Assembly: GCA_030141605.1 (NCBI GenBank)
Contig: JAQGDQ010000149.1
Coordinates: 62,001-126,000 of the forward strand
Reading direction: 5' to 3'
DNA: 64,000 nt
From: Tubiluchus corallicola
Lineage: Eukaryota; Animalia; Priapulida
Shown: in pieces, positions 1 through 14,070 of the stretch
Numbering within the stretch: the first letter of the stretch is position 1
How the letters are laid out: each line of letters begins with the position of its first letter
Program-made: the position numbers and the translations under genes
Notes under the pieces: generated by a model
The model's input: only the letters and a program-made list of their open reading frames with translations
What the model was told of the DNA's origin: nothing
Database searches by the model: none

Positions 1-1085
1 AAAAATAGAATAGAATATGTATATACAAATACACCATAATAAATAGATATTTGCATTGTTAAAGTAGTCTTATCTATCAGTAATGCTACAACTAATGAAT
101 TTTAACATTTTAGAAAGGCAAGGTCAGTTTAGAGCATCAAGTAAACCAGTATTAAAAGATGCACCTGATATTTCTGGGAATATATTTTTGACAAACTTGG
201 TAGTTATGAAAAGTATTGTTACAGAAATTACTTTACTGTAGGAAAAGCATAAGAAGTACAGAAAATCTTTATGATTGGGTCATGCAATTAGCAATACGCT
301 AACAACTCTAGCACATTTTTGCTACACCCATACCATCCATACCGTCCTGTAATACAAAGCTTCAAATGGCAATGCATTAATATATTTGATAAAAGCTAAA
401 AAAAAACAAATAACATGTGACAATGCCTAGTGCACTTTCAAAAATAACTTGCTGTCAGTTGCTGACCTTTTAACTTTGACATTATGCAGGAGCTATTTAA
501 AAAAACACTTCAAATGAACACAACTACATTTAGCTTATTCATTATGAAGGAACAATTTTTGCTGTACAGATGCTAAGTAATTTTCGTTTCGATCAAGCTT
601 TGCCTCTAGCGAATTTGTGGTAATTTCAATCCTGAACAAAATATTTCTTTGAAAGAGATAAATGAAATACACCATAATGCGCACCTGGTTAACAAAATTC
701 AAGTACTGCACAGTATTATTAACCATGCCATATTGTCACATGTGGTCTTAACACAAAGCAATGATAAAAGTGAAAACAATTCACAGTGGAACTTCTGTTT
801 CTTTTTCGTTAAGAAGCTCATAAGATATGATGATCTAATGTTAATATTCCTGCCTCAGACTTTCTCAATCAATAATATATATGTACTCTCAATTACGTCG
901 GGCAAATATGAAATCAAATATGAATTCATTGGTAAATAACATTGCATTTGATTTCATCAATACACATAAAAATTTGAGCAGTATGTTCTTAAGGATTCAC
1001 AATAGAATTAAGAAAGGTACAATATGGACATGCATATGGTGTTACAAATCTTTTATTCAAAAAAAGAAAGCTAGTTGACACTCAC

Positions 1086-1571
1086 AGTTGGTATGGAAAT
1101 ACTTTAGTTCTTCCTCTTTGGCTAATTTAACCCACACCAGAATAAGGAAAAGGAACAATGGCCAAACCAGCTCAACTACTAATCTAACCTACAAAAAAAC
1201 AAAGGAAAAATTTAGAAGTCATTCGCTACCTTACTTGAGTAAATAGATAATTGATACCTAACATGTTACATACATGAAAATCAGAAAATCAATCAGATGT
1301 GAGACCACATTATGTAGAGACATTTGATTTAATAGCATTTTGTTTTTGAATTTAAGGAAAATTAATTACTGTATTATGTATCAATAGGACAAAATGATAC
1401 AAACAAGAAAAACAATTTTTACAAACACATGCAGTGTCATTCTAGGGAAAACAGCTAATGACAAACTTCTACCCACAAGTCACAACTTGATAGACTTCTA
1501 CTTACTTTCTGTCTTTTTCTGTGTACAAAGTTTTTCCAAAGAAGCAGTCTAAGCTTATCCCAAAACCCCAT
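1086..1571 (-). CDS. ABCA subfamily transporter (ABCA1/ABCA4/ABCA7-like), first two coding exons; gene continues off the left edge
   Basis: Exon 1506-1571 = MGFWDKLRLLLWKNFVHRKRQK (ATG in CCACCATGG context, donor GTAAG). Exon 1086-1188 = VRLVVELVWPLFLFLILVWVKLAKEEELKYFHTN+T (acceptor TTTGTAG, donor GTGAG). This matches the ABCA N-terminal signature L-x-L-L-L-W-K-N...RxR plus TM1 (E-L-x-W-P-L). The paralog cannot be assigned from 56 aa. Confidence 0.93.
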
Positions 1572-1648
1572 GGTGGAGATTCAGTGATGAATGTCTTTGA
1601 CACTAGTTAGCGAATTCAGACGATCATCTAATCACTGACTTCACAAAT
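1572..1648 (-). other. 5'UTR part of the ABCA start-codon exon; implies an upstream non-coding exon
   Basis: Pyrimidine-rich acceptor TTTTCTATTTACCATTTAG immediately upstream of 1648 on the minus strand; the upstream exon was not located. Confidence 0.55.
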
Positions 1649-4600
1649 CTAAATGGTAAATAGAAAATTTTAAAAACCATATAATAAAGTTAAGATAAGC
1701 AATAGAAATGCTACATTTTAATAATGCAATTATTACTTACAGTTAGTTTACCTTTTTGATGTAATGATGTGTTACGTAATATAAAATTCTAAACATTCAA
1801 TATATTAAACACATGCTACATAAAGGGTAGTTTTAGTAACATCATGTTTCTTGGATATATAAGCAAGCACCTATGGCTTTTCCAGCAAAAGTTTTAGGCT
1901 TGCAAGGAGACTGCACAAAAGCATGGAAGGAGACAAAAAAGAATATCTGACGTGATTTAGAACAAAATTCTTTGGCTGATTTTTCAGAATAACCGCAATT
2001 CTACAAAAACGTTTTTTGGTGTTTTATGAATAAATAAGGTTGCCAAATGTCCCCCTTTTATGGGATTAACGTAACTTTTAAACTATCGTCTTGGCATTCC
2101 TCTTCTTTCTAAACTGTCTGGTATTTTTGCTCTCATTCTCTCGAAAATGTTTTCAAAATTTAAACAGCACAAAATAGACTAGGCATGTACTTTCCAGCTT
2201 CATTGGTGCTTATGTCATATGCTATGGACATTGCATTTTTGCAAGTCACTCTCTGATTTGCAGAACAACTGTCTTTTGTATCTTATTTCAGCCAATCAGC
2301 ACAGACAATATTAAATTATCGTTATCAGTTACATTATTATTAAGTGTTACATTTACATTAATGTGTTAGGAACTTGGAATAGAGTTAGAAAGAAAACTTG
2401 TGTAACTTAATTAAATCTGCCTAATTAAATCTTGTGTACAAGATTTGTCTGATCGAAATGTGATACCAAAGTAGGGATGACTTACTTTGTGGATGAAGTA
2501 AAAAATTTATTTATCACATCATACCATATCATGTAGGGGTAAACAACTTGACGACCATTTGGTCTTTCGCTAACCTTTCTCCTGCATCCTCTAACACTTT
2601 TCTTTGTGCATAATTTATCCAGATTAATTATTAATTGCAGCAGTTATGGTATCTATTTGCGTACTGGTGTAAATGAGGAGAAAAATAAAAAAGAGTCAAT
2701 ATCTTTCCATATCTTGCCTGCACATCCCTGTATTAAGGTTGATGATAACTTCATCAGTTTTGATTTAACAGGCACTTTTCCATCATTGACCACTGATCAT
2801 ATGAGTCCAGAATCAAATGGCTTCCCAGTTCCTCCCAGACCCATCTCTGTTATAAGTTTGATGATTATAGCTTCACCCATTTTGATTTTATTGTATAGAC
2901 ACACATGTTAAGAAAGATATCACGCTTGCAACAATTAATTAACTAATGACTAATTAAGTGAAGAAAGCAGCACAGAAAAATTGTGGACCAACTAGAATTT
3001 CTAACCCAGAATCTCTAAACTTATATGGCATGTTGCTGTACCATTTGAACTATTGGCCCAATCTAGCACAACTGGTAAGAATTCTCACCTTGGTATCACA
3101 TAGTCAATCAGAGCCACCTCTACTAATGATATATCACTATATTTCGAATGACTCAAAAGAGACAGACACACACACACACATGCAGACAGATAGATTGATT
3201 TAATGAATGCTAAATTCATATTCCAACTATTTTTGTGTGGGTAACTACAATGAATACACATTATCTCACTGAAAGTCTAATTACACGAGCAGTACTTCAC
3301 AAGCCTATCACTTCTGCTTAACTGGTATTTGAGAGAACCAAAAAAAATTGCTAAATACGCATTACATTATTAAGTGCATTGAAGCCTATTAGGGCTCGAA
3401 ATCTGATATGAATTCCAAATTGATAAAATTCAAATTAATAAAACTGACTTCACTAGCAACAAAGCTACTCATGCATAGGGCAACAAATGTTCATTTCTTT
3501 GTTGTCCCAGCCCAAGGTTGTAAACAGCTATATAGTTTACTATGCGAATAAAGCATTAGAGCATTTAAGGCCATTACATGGTGTAAATTAAATGACTTGA
3601 GATACACATACATTTTATATTTCCAAAGGTCCTTAAGATATAAACTATAGTACTTTACTGATTGTTTTCGGTAGCAGACTTATACAATAAAAGCGTGCAG
3701 TGCATTTATGATTGAGAATTTTATCAGTGTAAACTAATAATTACTAATATTTTTTTAAACAGAAGTAGTTTTCTTACTTTTCCTTTATAACATTATTTAG
3801 AATCTGCTTTCATATTTCAGGTTTTTAGCCATAGCTCTAATTACCACAGTTCATTGATCTTTTTCCTATAGCAATTGGGGTTTACATTTTTTTGTACATT
3901 GTATATAATATACGTTAATGTAAATATATATGAACCACAAAGCCTATTTACAATGATATACAAGTAGATTAGTAATTAGATTTATCAGATCATGTATAAG
4001 CAATAACTAAGTACATGTATATGCTAAAACAGTTTGGCAGACCACTCTTAAGTCACTCAAAACAAGTTCAATCAATACTTTCTACTAACATTCCAGTTTC
4101 AGTTTCAACATTAGGTAAAATGATAAACTTGGTTCTCAACATAAAAATGATTTCAGTTTCAGTCAATAAAATGGTAACTATCAAAGTAATGTGTTTGCTA
4201 GTAATAAAATTTATTGTGGTCTATTGTGAATTTACATAATGGTGTACTGATCATTATGCATAATAAAACATGTTTGCACCCTGAGGTAATGATAAATTAT
4301 TGGTTACTAGCAAGATAGTCTGTGACCAGCAAAATAAACAACAAGCATCATTTACAAGAACAATTAATTAAGTTGCCATAAAGCGATTAAATGAATAACC
4401 AAACTTACCACTTTAATAACACATTCTTACTCATTCCAGTTGCACATAATGTCAATGGCGTGGTAATAATGTGCGTTAAACCACAAAAGTGAATTGCACG
4501 CACTAGAAAACTTACTTTAGTAACCTTTAGACTGCTGCAGTACTAAATACACAACAAAGGTGAAGCAGGCAAATATAGACTTTGTTCAGTATGTTCCACC

Positions 4601-6889
4601 TATATATTAGCTCTGTATTTTAAATATTTTAGTTTGTGTAGACTAACACAGCAACATACTTTGATAGGAGATTAGAGCTTCTGTTTTAATACATGTATTA
4701 ATATAATCAAACACTGAAAATTTAGTCCTAAAATCATACTGACACTGCGACACAGTCGCACATGTGCAAATACTATCATTGCAAACTTATACCTGTATGT
4801 AGTTTATTAATGTCACAGTAAGTGGTACAAACCCAGTAATAACACAAAGGAGAGGGAGGAATAAATTCAAGCTTATGACAGAGTTATATGCTGGAACAAA
4901 AAAAGTCATAAAATTTCTTAACTATTTAAAAATCACATCACACACACACACACACCGAAAACTGTGCTTACCTTTGAAAAATAATAATTACTGTAAGTAA
5001 CAAGCAACTGAGCTCGAGGCAGATGAAAAAATTCCAAGAAACGAAGAAAGGTTAGATTCTGCACACAGTAAAGTTCTGTTATTTTCACTTGATCCAATGG
5101 TAACTTTAGTGACGAACCTTCCTATCAACAATTTAAAGATAAAACTGGCATTGCAGCATATGTTTTTAGCTCTGTACAATTTTAACTCTCGACAAGACTT
5201 AGAGAACTTCATTGCTCTCTTAATCAAGAGACTATACACCTGGTACAAGGGTCATAACTAAAGTGCATTTCAAAAATGTCTTAAATACACTTTAAACAAA
5301 CATTGATAATTCTTCCTTTACACCAGCTGGAATGTTACAAGTTCATGAACAATTTCAAGGATAAAAATAATTCTTTTACAAGCACGACAATCTGGTATCT
5401 GATAATGTATCACGCAGTTTAGAACAACTATTCTAACAATACCCAGAAATGCTTATCAGTCATGTTAGCAAAGAAAGCAGCAGTATTGTTGGAACGAAAA
5501 CTTGTTCTGGAATGTAAGATTTTAATAGAAAACCTTCGTGGGATGGCACGTACGGGAGGTCCCTTGATCTGATTTACTTGCCATTACATTAGGCCTAGTA
5601 CTCTATAATAGACAGGATGCTTATGAATCCACTGTTCAAACTTATGAATCAGTTTATTTAATTGTTTTCATTAGCTCGTCCACACACCCAAACTATTTTT
5701 CTTCTTCTATATGGTTTTGAGATGGGGCAGATGGGTTTAGGGTAAAGCAATCAGGGCTGCAGCATCCATGCAAGGAGGGTCCTCACAATGTCCATGTAAT
5801 CCATTCATTTAGTTATGCGTGGTTAAACTTCAATATCTAAAACCTTTAGGGCCCTTACGTCATCAAAGAAATTGCATCGTTATTAAGACTGCAACGTAAA
5901 AATCCAATTTCTTCTTTGATTCTAATTTTTTATTCAAATCCAATAGGAAAAATTCAATTTGAAAATTGTTGATTCCATTCAAAAAACTTAATTTGAATTC
6001 AAAATTTTCTACTTGACTGACAGCCTTAGCAAAAAGTTTCCAGTACCTTAATCAGGAGATGGATAAGTACTATTTGTCACAGCTTCAAGAGGTCTTGGCA
6101 TGTGGGTGGAGCTGCAGAAAGGCAATCTAAATGCAAAACTGACAATTTATTTGATTACCTCATACCTATAGCGCATAGAGGGTAAAACCATCATGCTAAC
6201 TGAATACCTGATATGAGCAGTGCTAGTAACATCCGTACTACCGCCTTGTACTAATACTGGCCAACAGCAACATGACAGTTTGGACCTCACAACCTGGCCT
6301 CACCTTGTACCTCTCTACTGTGCACTACCTCGCCATGACCAGCTCTTTGCCAAATACTCTAGCACTATGTTTTAAAAATGGGTACACAATGAGATGGCAC
6401 ACGGAGGTATGATACACGCAAAAGTGGTACATGGGGAAGGCGAGCAAGCACGAACGTCCCACATACCAGGGTTTTTCACTGAACTGATCAATTTATTATT
6501 AGTATAAAAACTGAAAATAATTAATGATTATTATGCGATTTGAATTCTTACTAATTTCTATGGCTAAAATGAAACAACACTAATAACAATCCAGAAGATA
6601 CCTAGCACATAATTAACAGCTAAATTAAAGAACATAGGCGAAAAATTCAGTTGTACACTACTTTAGTTCAGTTAAGTATACATCAGTTATCTAAGTTTCA
6701 CTGCCTGCCTCATATAACTGTAAAATATGCAGTACACTTATCGTTCTATATTGCCTCGTCATATAACCGGTGAGTTTACTGTAAACATTGGGGTGACTGA
6801 ATTCTAATTGAAAGGAGTGACCAAGAAAACACAGCTCTGAATAAACATTTCTATAAAAAGATTGCTATTATCGTCATCAAATGCCCACT

Positions 6890-7710
6890 GCGTCTATTCA
6901 TCATCATCCAATGAATCATATGTCCAGGTACATGATTCTGCTCACCTCCCTATGCAAGGACTCCCTGCTTGTCGCAATGCCCCAAGTGCATTTATCTCTA
7001 AGGATCAATGCTGAAGCGTTTAAATCTTTCTGTGCAAAATCTAAATATGTTAACATTTGTCCTCCTGCAGGTTTTTTAGCTGGTTCTATGGCTTGTTGAA
7101 GAGCTATCTTCCTTGGAATATCATCAGGTAGTCTAAGCATATGTCCAATCCATCTTAAATGGCGTCTTTTTATTTTTCTTGTCCAAGGTTCTTCTTTTAT
7201 TTTTTCATATAGATCTTTGTTTGAATTTTTCTTAGGCCATCTGATACCCAAAATGTTTTTGTAATTTCGCCTTTGAAATGCATCGATTTCAGCTTGATGA
7301 TTTGCTTTTAATGCCCAGAGCTCAGAGTTATACAGAAATACAGTTTCAACTAAGGCTGAGAATATTCTGATTTTTGTTTCCAAAGAAATCTTCCTATTCT
7401 CAAAAACTTTTGTGAATTTTGAGTAAGCTGATAATGCCATTATCTTCCGTCTTGATATGTCGTCTTCTGTTGCCAGCAGACTACGGAGATACTTGCATCT
7501 TTGCCATGATTCATCACCATGGCGTGTTATGTGAAACTCTTCAGTTTTATTTTTGTTTACAACGAGATCCATTCTATTCAGTTTCTCCTCTATTGGGTTT
7601 TTTTATTTCATCTACTTCTTCTTTATTTCTTGTAATCCATGCCACATCATCAGCATACTGCATAGATATAGTAGTTGACTTACTTTGTAGACAGCTGTAA
7701 CTATGTTCTT
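6890..7710 (-). mobile_element. 5'-truncated non-LTR retrotransposon (RTE-like), RT C-terminal part, frameshifted
   Basis: ORF 7574-7825 contains MQYADDVA. ORF 6916-7572 contains KIRIFSALVETVFLYNSELW and RRHLRWIGHMLRLP. There is a short (GAT)n-like run after the stop. Confidence 0.88.
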
Positions 7711-8404
7711 GTCTTACGTCATTCTGTATTAATCCAGGATCAAGAATTGTGTACTTCACTCTATTTTCGCTATATCTTGCAATGTGGGAAATCATCAGCA
7801 GCAGGCTGAAACTAACTCCTCTCAAAGGATAGACACGCAGAAAAATGGAACATTACCAAATTGTAAAAAGAGGAAGTGACGACAATTGTTACATTACGTA
7901 TTTCGTTTTTGGGATTAGCGGCTACGCTGGTGGCATCAAACGGTAGATGATTAAAAAATTTTGAGCGGCGCATTGACTGTAATAATAATAATATTCTTAA
8001 GTTCACCAATAATGTTGGCATACGCGCAATTTCGGTAAACCAAAATCACTTCTGCGTTTTTAATAAAATAAGAATATCTCAATTAAAAGCAATTAATAGT
8101 TTAAAAAACTGAAAGCATTTCATGAAAAGGAAAAAAGTTTGTATTATGTACTTGCAAATACTTCTTCAGTTTTTTTTAAAGTAAAATTTTATTGTTCTTC
8201 CTGAGGAAAGAGGCTAGCTGACTGTGTGATGGGCTGCCTACTATGTAAAAAAGTAATGCATTTTTTATTGATTTACTGATTTTTCTCTCCCTCCCTCTCT
8301 TAGAGAGAAAGAGAGATGGGCGCTTTTCTAAACACTTAAGATTATATGAAAAGTAGAACGCAACAAGCAATGCATGCTTTTCATCTTTTCTTCAACACAA
8401 GAAC

Positions 8405-8720
8405 GTATTAATAAATAAGAAATTAAGTCTTAACGTAAGATTTAGATTATTTAATGCTTGCTTACGTTACCAGCATATTTATGTACAACAGCTAAACTTG
8501 GGGTTTAACAATTACTCAAGAAAAGCAGATTGGCACATTTCATAGAAGTCTTCTTAGGAAAGTTTTAAAGATAAAATAGACATACATAATCAAAAATGAA
8601 AATTTATACTCCAGCACAAAAAAAAATTATTGGAGTTCAAAAATAAGGATCCGAAGTTAAGATGGCTAGGACATCTTCTAAGATTACCAAATGAAGAACA
8701 ATTTCAAAATATAACAAATA
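8405..8720 (+). mobile_element. Degraded RTE-like LINE 3' fragment, related to but divergent from the 6.9-7.7 kb element
   Basis: Broken translation KLSLNVRFRLFNAC..TSIFMYNS*TWGLT..QIGTFHRSLLRKVLKI..NENLY..RWLGHLLRLP aligns with the motifs of ORF 6916-7572. Confidence 0.7.
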
Positions 8721-8909
8721 CAATTATTGCAATGCTGCAAAAACATGAGTTTTACAATTTACTTAAATAACCTACTTAAATCTAATAAGAAATTATATGC
8801 TCTTATGAAATAATATTTTATGTTACAACTACAATGAACTAGTAAAAACACAAAACCTAAATAATTACAAACGGGACAATCAAAGCACAATGTTTATCCA
8901 GCACTCACA

Positions 8910-9835
8910 GATTACTGAGCGACTAGCAAAATTTCTTGAAAATTCTGGTATTCTTTCAGAGTTACAATTTGGCTTTTGAAAAAATTCACGAACTACAGAT
9001 TGTCTAATGACTTTAGATTTACCGATAAAAGAAAACAATATAAAAAAATAATAAAAAGAAAGGTTCCTACTTATATACCTGCTTTATTGATTTCACAACA
9101 GCTTTTGACAGGTTAAGTCATGATATTTTGATTAGCAAATTAAAAGGCTATGGCTGATGAATATATCCAACGTATCACTAAAGATATGTATAATAAAAGT
9201 CAAAACACAATAAAAAATCAGACACTTGTTCTCCTTTCTTTAAGACTGAACTGGCGTTAGACAAGGTGACACTCTTAGCCCAACTTTGTTTAATGTATAT
9301 GTAAATGATCTTCCTGATTTTTTACCTGATGGGGATTCCCTGACTTTGCATGACAAAATCATTAAATGCTTACAGTATGCTGACGACCTAGTTATTTTCA
9401 GTACATCTAAGAAGGGCATTACAAATTAATCATACCAAAACTAAAGTTGTTACCTTTGGAAACAGGACATCCAGTAAAACATTGAACATTCACTTTTATC
9501 TTGACAATACCACATTAAAAACAGAAAAACATATCAAATACCCAGGAATGTATTTTACAAACAATGGTTCATACACAAAGCACTGTGACACAATGAGAAA
9601 ACAAAGTACTAGGGCATTATTTAAATTAAAATCTCTAATATTTCAATACAGTTTTGATGTAAATATACTTCTTTACCTGTTTCAATCCCTAGTCTCACCA
9701 GTAGCACTTTACGGGTGTGAAATTTGGTCTTTTATCACCAAACTAAAGACCATAAACACTGATCACTCAGAAAAACTTCTAAAAATGTGGAATCTTTTTC
9801 TATTCCAACATGTTCAGAACAGATTCTCAAAATGA
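8910..9835 (+). mobile_element. Inverted segment of a CR1/L2-group LINE carrying the RT core
   Basis: Broken frames give ELQFGF*KNSRTTD, CFIDFTTAFDRLSHD, GVRQGDTLSPTLFNVYVNDLP and LQYADDLV, followed by ORF 9482-9835. Confidence 0.9.
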
Positions 9836-10938
9836 ATATACTACCAAGATACAACTGCCTTTTTTATCACATTCATTTAAGTAGTTTCCAATGTGAATAA
9901 GGCCTTCGGAGTTTGTATTTAGAAAAAGTCATATTACTGAGTATACATTACCTTTTTATAAAGATAGACTATATATTTTGTGCTCATATTTTTGTCTAAT
10001 ATTTTCATACAATGGACAAGTAAAAAGGTAATGTAATTCGTTTTCTACTAATTCTGAGCTATTGTTGTGACTCTATTGACAAAGCCTTTCGTCCTCTTTT
10101 TATTTTTATATCTACCGCATTCTATTTCCAGATCATGGTTGCTGATGTGTAATTTTGTAATTCTTTGTCTCTGTTTCTTATTAGAAATAATTTTTAAATA
10201 ATCTTCTAATTCATAATTACATGTCTATAAAATCTTAGTTCGTTTTTGCCACCATTTTGTTTAGTATCATTATGTAGCTCTGTAAAAAATAGTTTTCTGT
10301 ACCCTGATTTGAATATATTACCGAATTCTTTTAATTCGCGATTCAGACACATTTTATCAATTTCATCTACACCATATGTTTGAAATCCTGGAAAATCTGC
10401 CCATTTTGTATGAAGCTGTTTCAGTTCTTCATGAGACTGGTAACTATACACATTTTTAAATAGTGTATTTCTTGGCTTTACATGTGGCTTTACTAGATAT
10501 TTGTGAAGAATTGTTGATGCTTCAATTAGCAGTAGGTATATGCCTAATTCAGCTTTACACGCTATATTGGAAGCACCGGACACCTTAAACTCATTTTGAG
10601 AACCTGTTCTGAACATGTTGGAATGGAAAAAGATTCCACATTTTTAGAAGTTTTTCTGAGTGATCAGTGTTTATGGTATTTAGTTAGGTGATAAGAGACC
10701 AAATTTCACACCCGTAAAGTGCTACTGGTGAGACTAGGGATTCAAACAGGTAAAGAAGTATATTTACATCAAAACTGTATTGAAATATTAGAGATTTTAA
10801 TTTAAATAATGCCCTAATGCTTTGTTTTCTTATTGTGTCACAGTGCTTTGTGTATGAACCATTGTTTGTAAAATACATTCCTGGGTATTTAATATGTTTT
10901 TCTGTTTTTAATAAGGTATTGTCAAGAGTAAAAGTGAA
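9489..10938. repeat. Inverted repeat, arms ~9489-9835 and ~10591-10938 (~347 bp), spacer ~755 bp
   Basis: The arms are reverse complements with about 13 differences counted by eye. Both translate to DNT.LKTEKHIKYPGMYFTNNGSYTKHCDT.RKQS.RALFKLKSLIFQYSFDVNILLYLF.SLVSPVALYGCEIWS. Confidence 0.92.
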
Positions 10939-13900
10939 CTTGCCTTTTTTCAGTATTAAATTCGTCAGCTTAGTTAAGGGCCTGGCAAATATATCTATTG
11001 CAGACTTAATCATTTCATTTGAGATATAATCAATGCCAGTGCTTTTGCCAGATTTTAATTTTTGGATTTGTTGTTTTAATTCACTGATTGTGATAGGAAT
11101 TAATTCTTCCATTTTAACTTGCACTGTATCTTCCGATTGGATTTTATGTGTAGTCGACTGATCTTTCGTATATAAATTATTAAAATGTCTATACAGAGTT
11201 CCCAAATCTATTTCTATAGGTTTATTTTTATTTCCATCGCAAATGCTATGTATTCCCTCCCAGAGCTCTTTTGGACCACAACCTTTTAATTCGTTTAGTT
11301 TTTTGTTATTTCAGCCAAGCACTGTCTTTTCAAATATTTTTTCATTTGTTTCATGTACTTTATACAACTTTTTAACTAGTGTCTCAGATAAGTATTATTT
11401 GGACATCTTTTGCAATATCTGTTCGAAAAGTTTGCCTGTCTTTTTAATACTTTAAGTACCTGATCTCGATATTGTTTGTTTCATTTACGTTTTATTCTAT
11501 TCTAGAAGTTCTGGTGTTTTTTTGTCACTAGAGCTTTGTTTGCGGCTTGTATGTAAATATCACTGAAGGTTTTATCTGCATCATTATAATTTTCCTCTAA
11601 AAAGTTTGCGGTTTCATATCACCTGAGAGTAGTGCTGTTTGAAATCACACATCTGAATGTCTATCCCATTTGTAGGATATATAATTAAGATTCATTTGTT
11701 GAAATACGGGTGTATTAATGCCAATGCTGTTATCAGTATTTTTGTTTGGAAGAACAATCGGCAATAATCGGATAAGCTACTGAAATCTCCATCTGTAAAA
11801 TATGGAATCAAAGTGTTACTAATTTCTTTATTTGAAATGACATAATCTACAGCACTTTGACCATTGTGTGTTTAGCATATGTACCCTCCCTTTGAATCTC
11901 CCCGTTTTCTGCCGTTAAGTATTCTTATATTGCAGACTATACATAATTCTAACAATTTTTTGTCAAAACTGTTGGTTGTTTTATCTACATTTTCTCTAGG
12001 TGACAATGAATTACTTATTGAAATGTCAGAATCTACACCAGGGGCATCATGTTTTTGCTGTGTGTCTTCTAGATAATCTGCCATAGTACCTGTTCTAGCA
12101 TTGAAGTCCCCCATCAGAATTATTTTTCCTTGTGTGGTAAATTGTGCTATCTCCATTTCAAATTTGTTACACTGGTCTGTGTAATATGGAGCATTTTCAG
12201 GTGGTATATAAATTTGGCTAATGAGTAATGGGCCTCTGTTTTGCCACATAGTTGCAGTTTTATCGATACAGAAAAATCAGAATCAGTTTTTATTTGAGCT
12301 ATTTTAACACCCAGAATATTTTTATAGAAGAGTGCTAAGCCACCGTGGTTATTTACTATATGTTTTTTTGAAAGGCTATGTTTAGTTATCACATTGTATC
12401 CTTCTAGGACTATCTGTGAGTGCTGAACAGATCAAGTTTCAGATAGGCCAATTATATTATGTTTTCTGAGTAAATTTTCAAAACTGTTATCTTTAAGCTT
12501 GGCTTGTAGATCGCTATGAATATTCCAAGACATTACATTGATAAACTTGCACATATTTTCATGTTGATATTGTGCAACAGATAATTAAGTACAAACTTTA
12601 AATGATTGGAGGCTGTCAAAGATGTTGATTATTTAAATTATAGTTATTGTGCAGCTATTGTTTTGTTGAGAGTTTTAAACCCAAGTCTATAATGAAATAA
12701 AATTACATTTTTTTACTTGAATTAGTGAAGCATCTTAGAGTTATGCAATATACAGTAGATTTTAAGGTTTTCAAAGTATATACAACTTAAAGCACTATTA
12801 AAACGACTCACAATGAGCCTCATACCGCATCAATACATCTTGAATTGTGTTTTGAATATCAGTTTTTCTGTATATTTTGGTTGTATTTACTGCTGAATTC
12901 TTACCGCCCACTTCTGCTAAGTGTTGTAACGATGTCGTTCCTCTGGACTGGACTCTTCACCATTCCTGCCCCATCTGCTTTGCAGTGTTTTGTCATTCTT
13001 CCAGTTATTGTAGCTTCTGCTGCTTCCATAAACTTGTTGCCTTTTATATCTCACATTTTCAACAACTAGTCCTTGTACAGATCTTTTTTCGTAAATGTCA
13101 CATTTGAAATGTCTAACGAGTATGGCTGTTCCCTTGCCATCATTTAGGTGTTTGTCGTCTTCAAACAGGTATGGCTTTGGTTTTCCATTAAACAACTGAA
13201 AATGGTTTTGATGATCAATATAGTGCAGAGAACTTTCGCTTTGGCACAACTCAGCAATAATGTTGTTCATTTGCATAGACAAATCATTAAATTCAGCACA
13301 ATCTCTGGGAAGAATACCCGATATAAAAATGACTGTTTCAGGCATTCTGATTTCAGTTTTCGTAACAAACTTTCTAGTTGGTTGCAAGTGCTATGGACAT
13401 CCTTCGAAGAAGCCAGATCATTAATTGGATCCTACCTGCAGCACCAATGTTTTGGTTTATTTTTCTTCAGTTGAGGGATGATATGTCGAGCATTTTCTAC
13501 AGTGTACACGTTTTTGAATAACCTTACAGTCCTATTTTTGTATACATTGGTTTCACCGAGGTATTTTATTAATGATGTACCTGCTATGACCAGATCTACT
13601 GTCTTGCTTGCTTTCTCTTTTGTATCTGGTATGTCAGACATAGGTTCCTTAGGCTCATTGCTGGCTTTCTCATTTCCAGTTTGTCTAATCAGGCAAGACT
13701 ATCCACTTAGCTGTCCATTATGCTTTATGAGTTCATTCTGCATGACATGCAGCTGGTCTTTCACAGAGTTTATCTTAAATGTGTGAGACTGATTTAGTTT
13801 CTCACAACTGTTCTCTATTTTTAGTGTGAGGTCAGTCGCTACTTGTTCTGCTGAAGTTTCTATGCAACTTATGACACTGGCATTTTGAGATTCACATGTT

Positions 13901-14070
13901 GTGGAAGACTTATTGGCTTTATCAAGTAGACTACTCAACTGTCTTTTCATGCATTCTTCATTAGTTTTATAGCCTTTCAGTTTTTTCATTTGTTGTTTCA
14001 GATCACTCATCAAGGTCACTAGGTGTTTTTCAGTATTTTGAGTGCTGTCAGAGATTGTTGATAGTACTGA
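9836..14070 (-). mobile_element. Near full-length decayed CR1/L2-group LINE: ORF1 (coiled coil + SGNH esterase) and ORF2 (APE endonuclease + RT with core deleted)
   Basis: ORF1 pieces 13699-14019, 13432-13641 (LVIAGTSLIK) and 12917-13387 (ISGILPR, DDKHLN). APE piece 11872-12249 (IYIPPE, ILMGDFNARTG). RT N-terminus (LKSGKSTGIDYISNEMIK) is joined directly to post-YADD sequence in 10684-11205. C-terminus has ACKAELG and ISNHDLEIECGRY. Confidence 0.92.

Noticed and set aside
535-1078. Short ORFs of 60-100 aa here and throughout the introns
   Set aside because: Composition typical of translated AT-rich non-coding DNA, or antisense shadows of real exons and LINE fragments.
2486-2900. Minus-strand stretch (GEAIIIKL..GGTG) faintly like a piggyBac transposase or an ABCA upstream exon
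   Set aside because: Stop-interrupted, similarity too short, and no termini found.
7812-8021. ORF MPTLLVNLRILLLLQSMRR.. as a possible ABCA N-terminus
   Set aside because: It lacks the WKN motif; the true start exon is 1506-1571.
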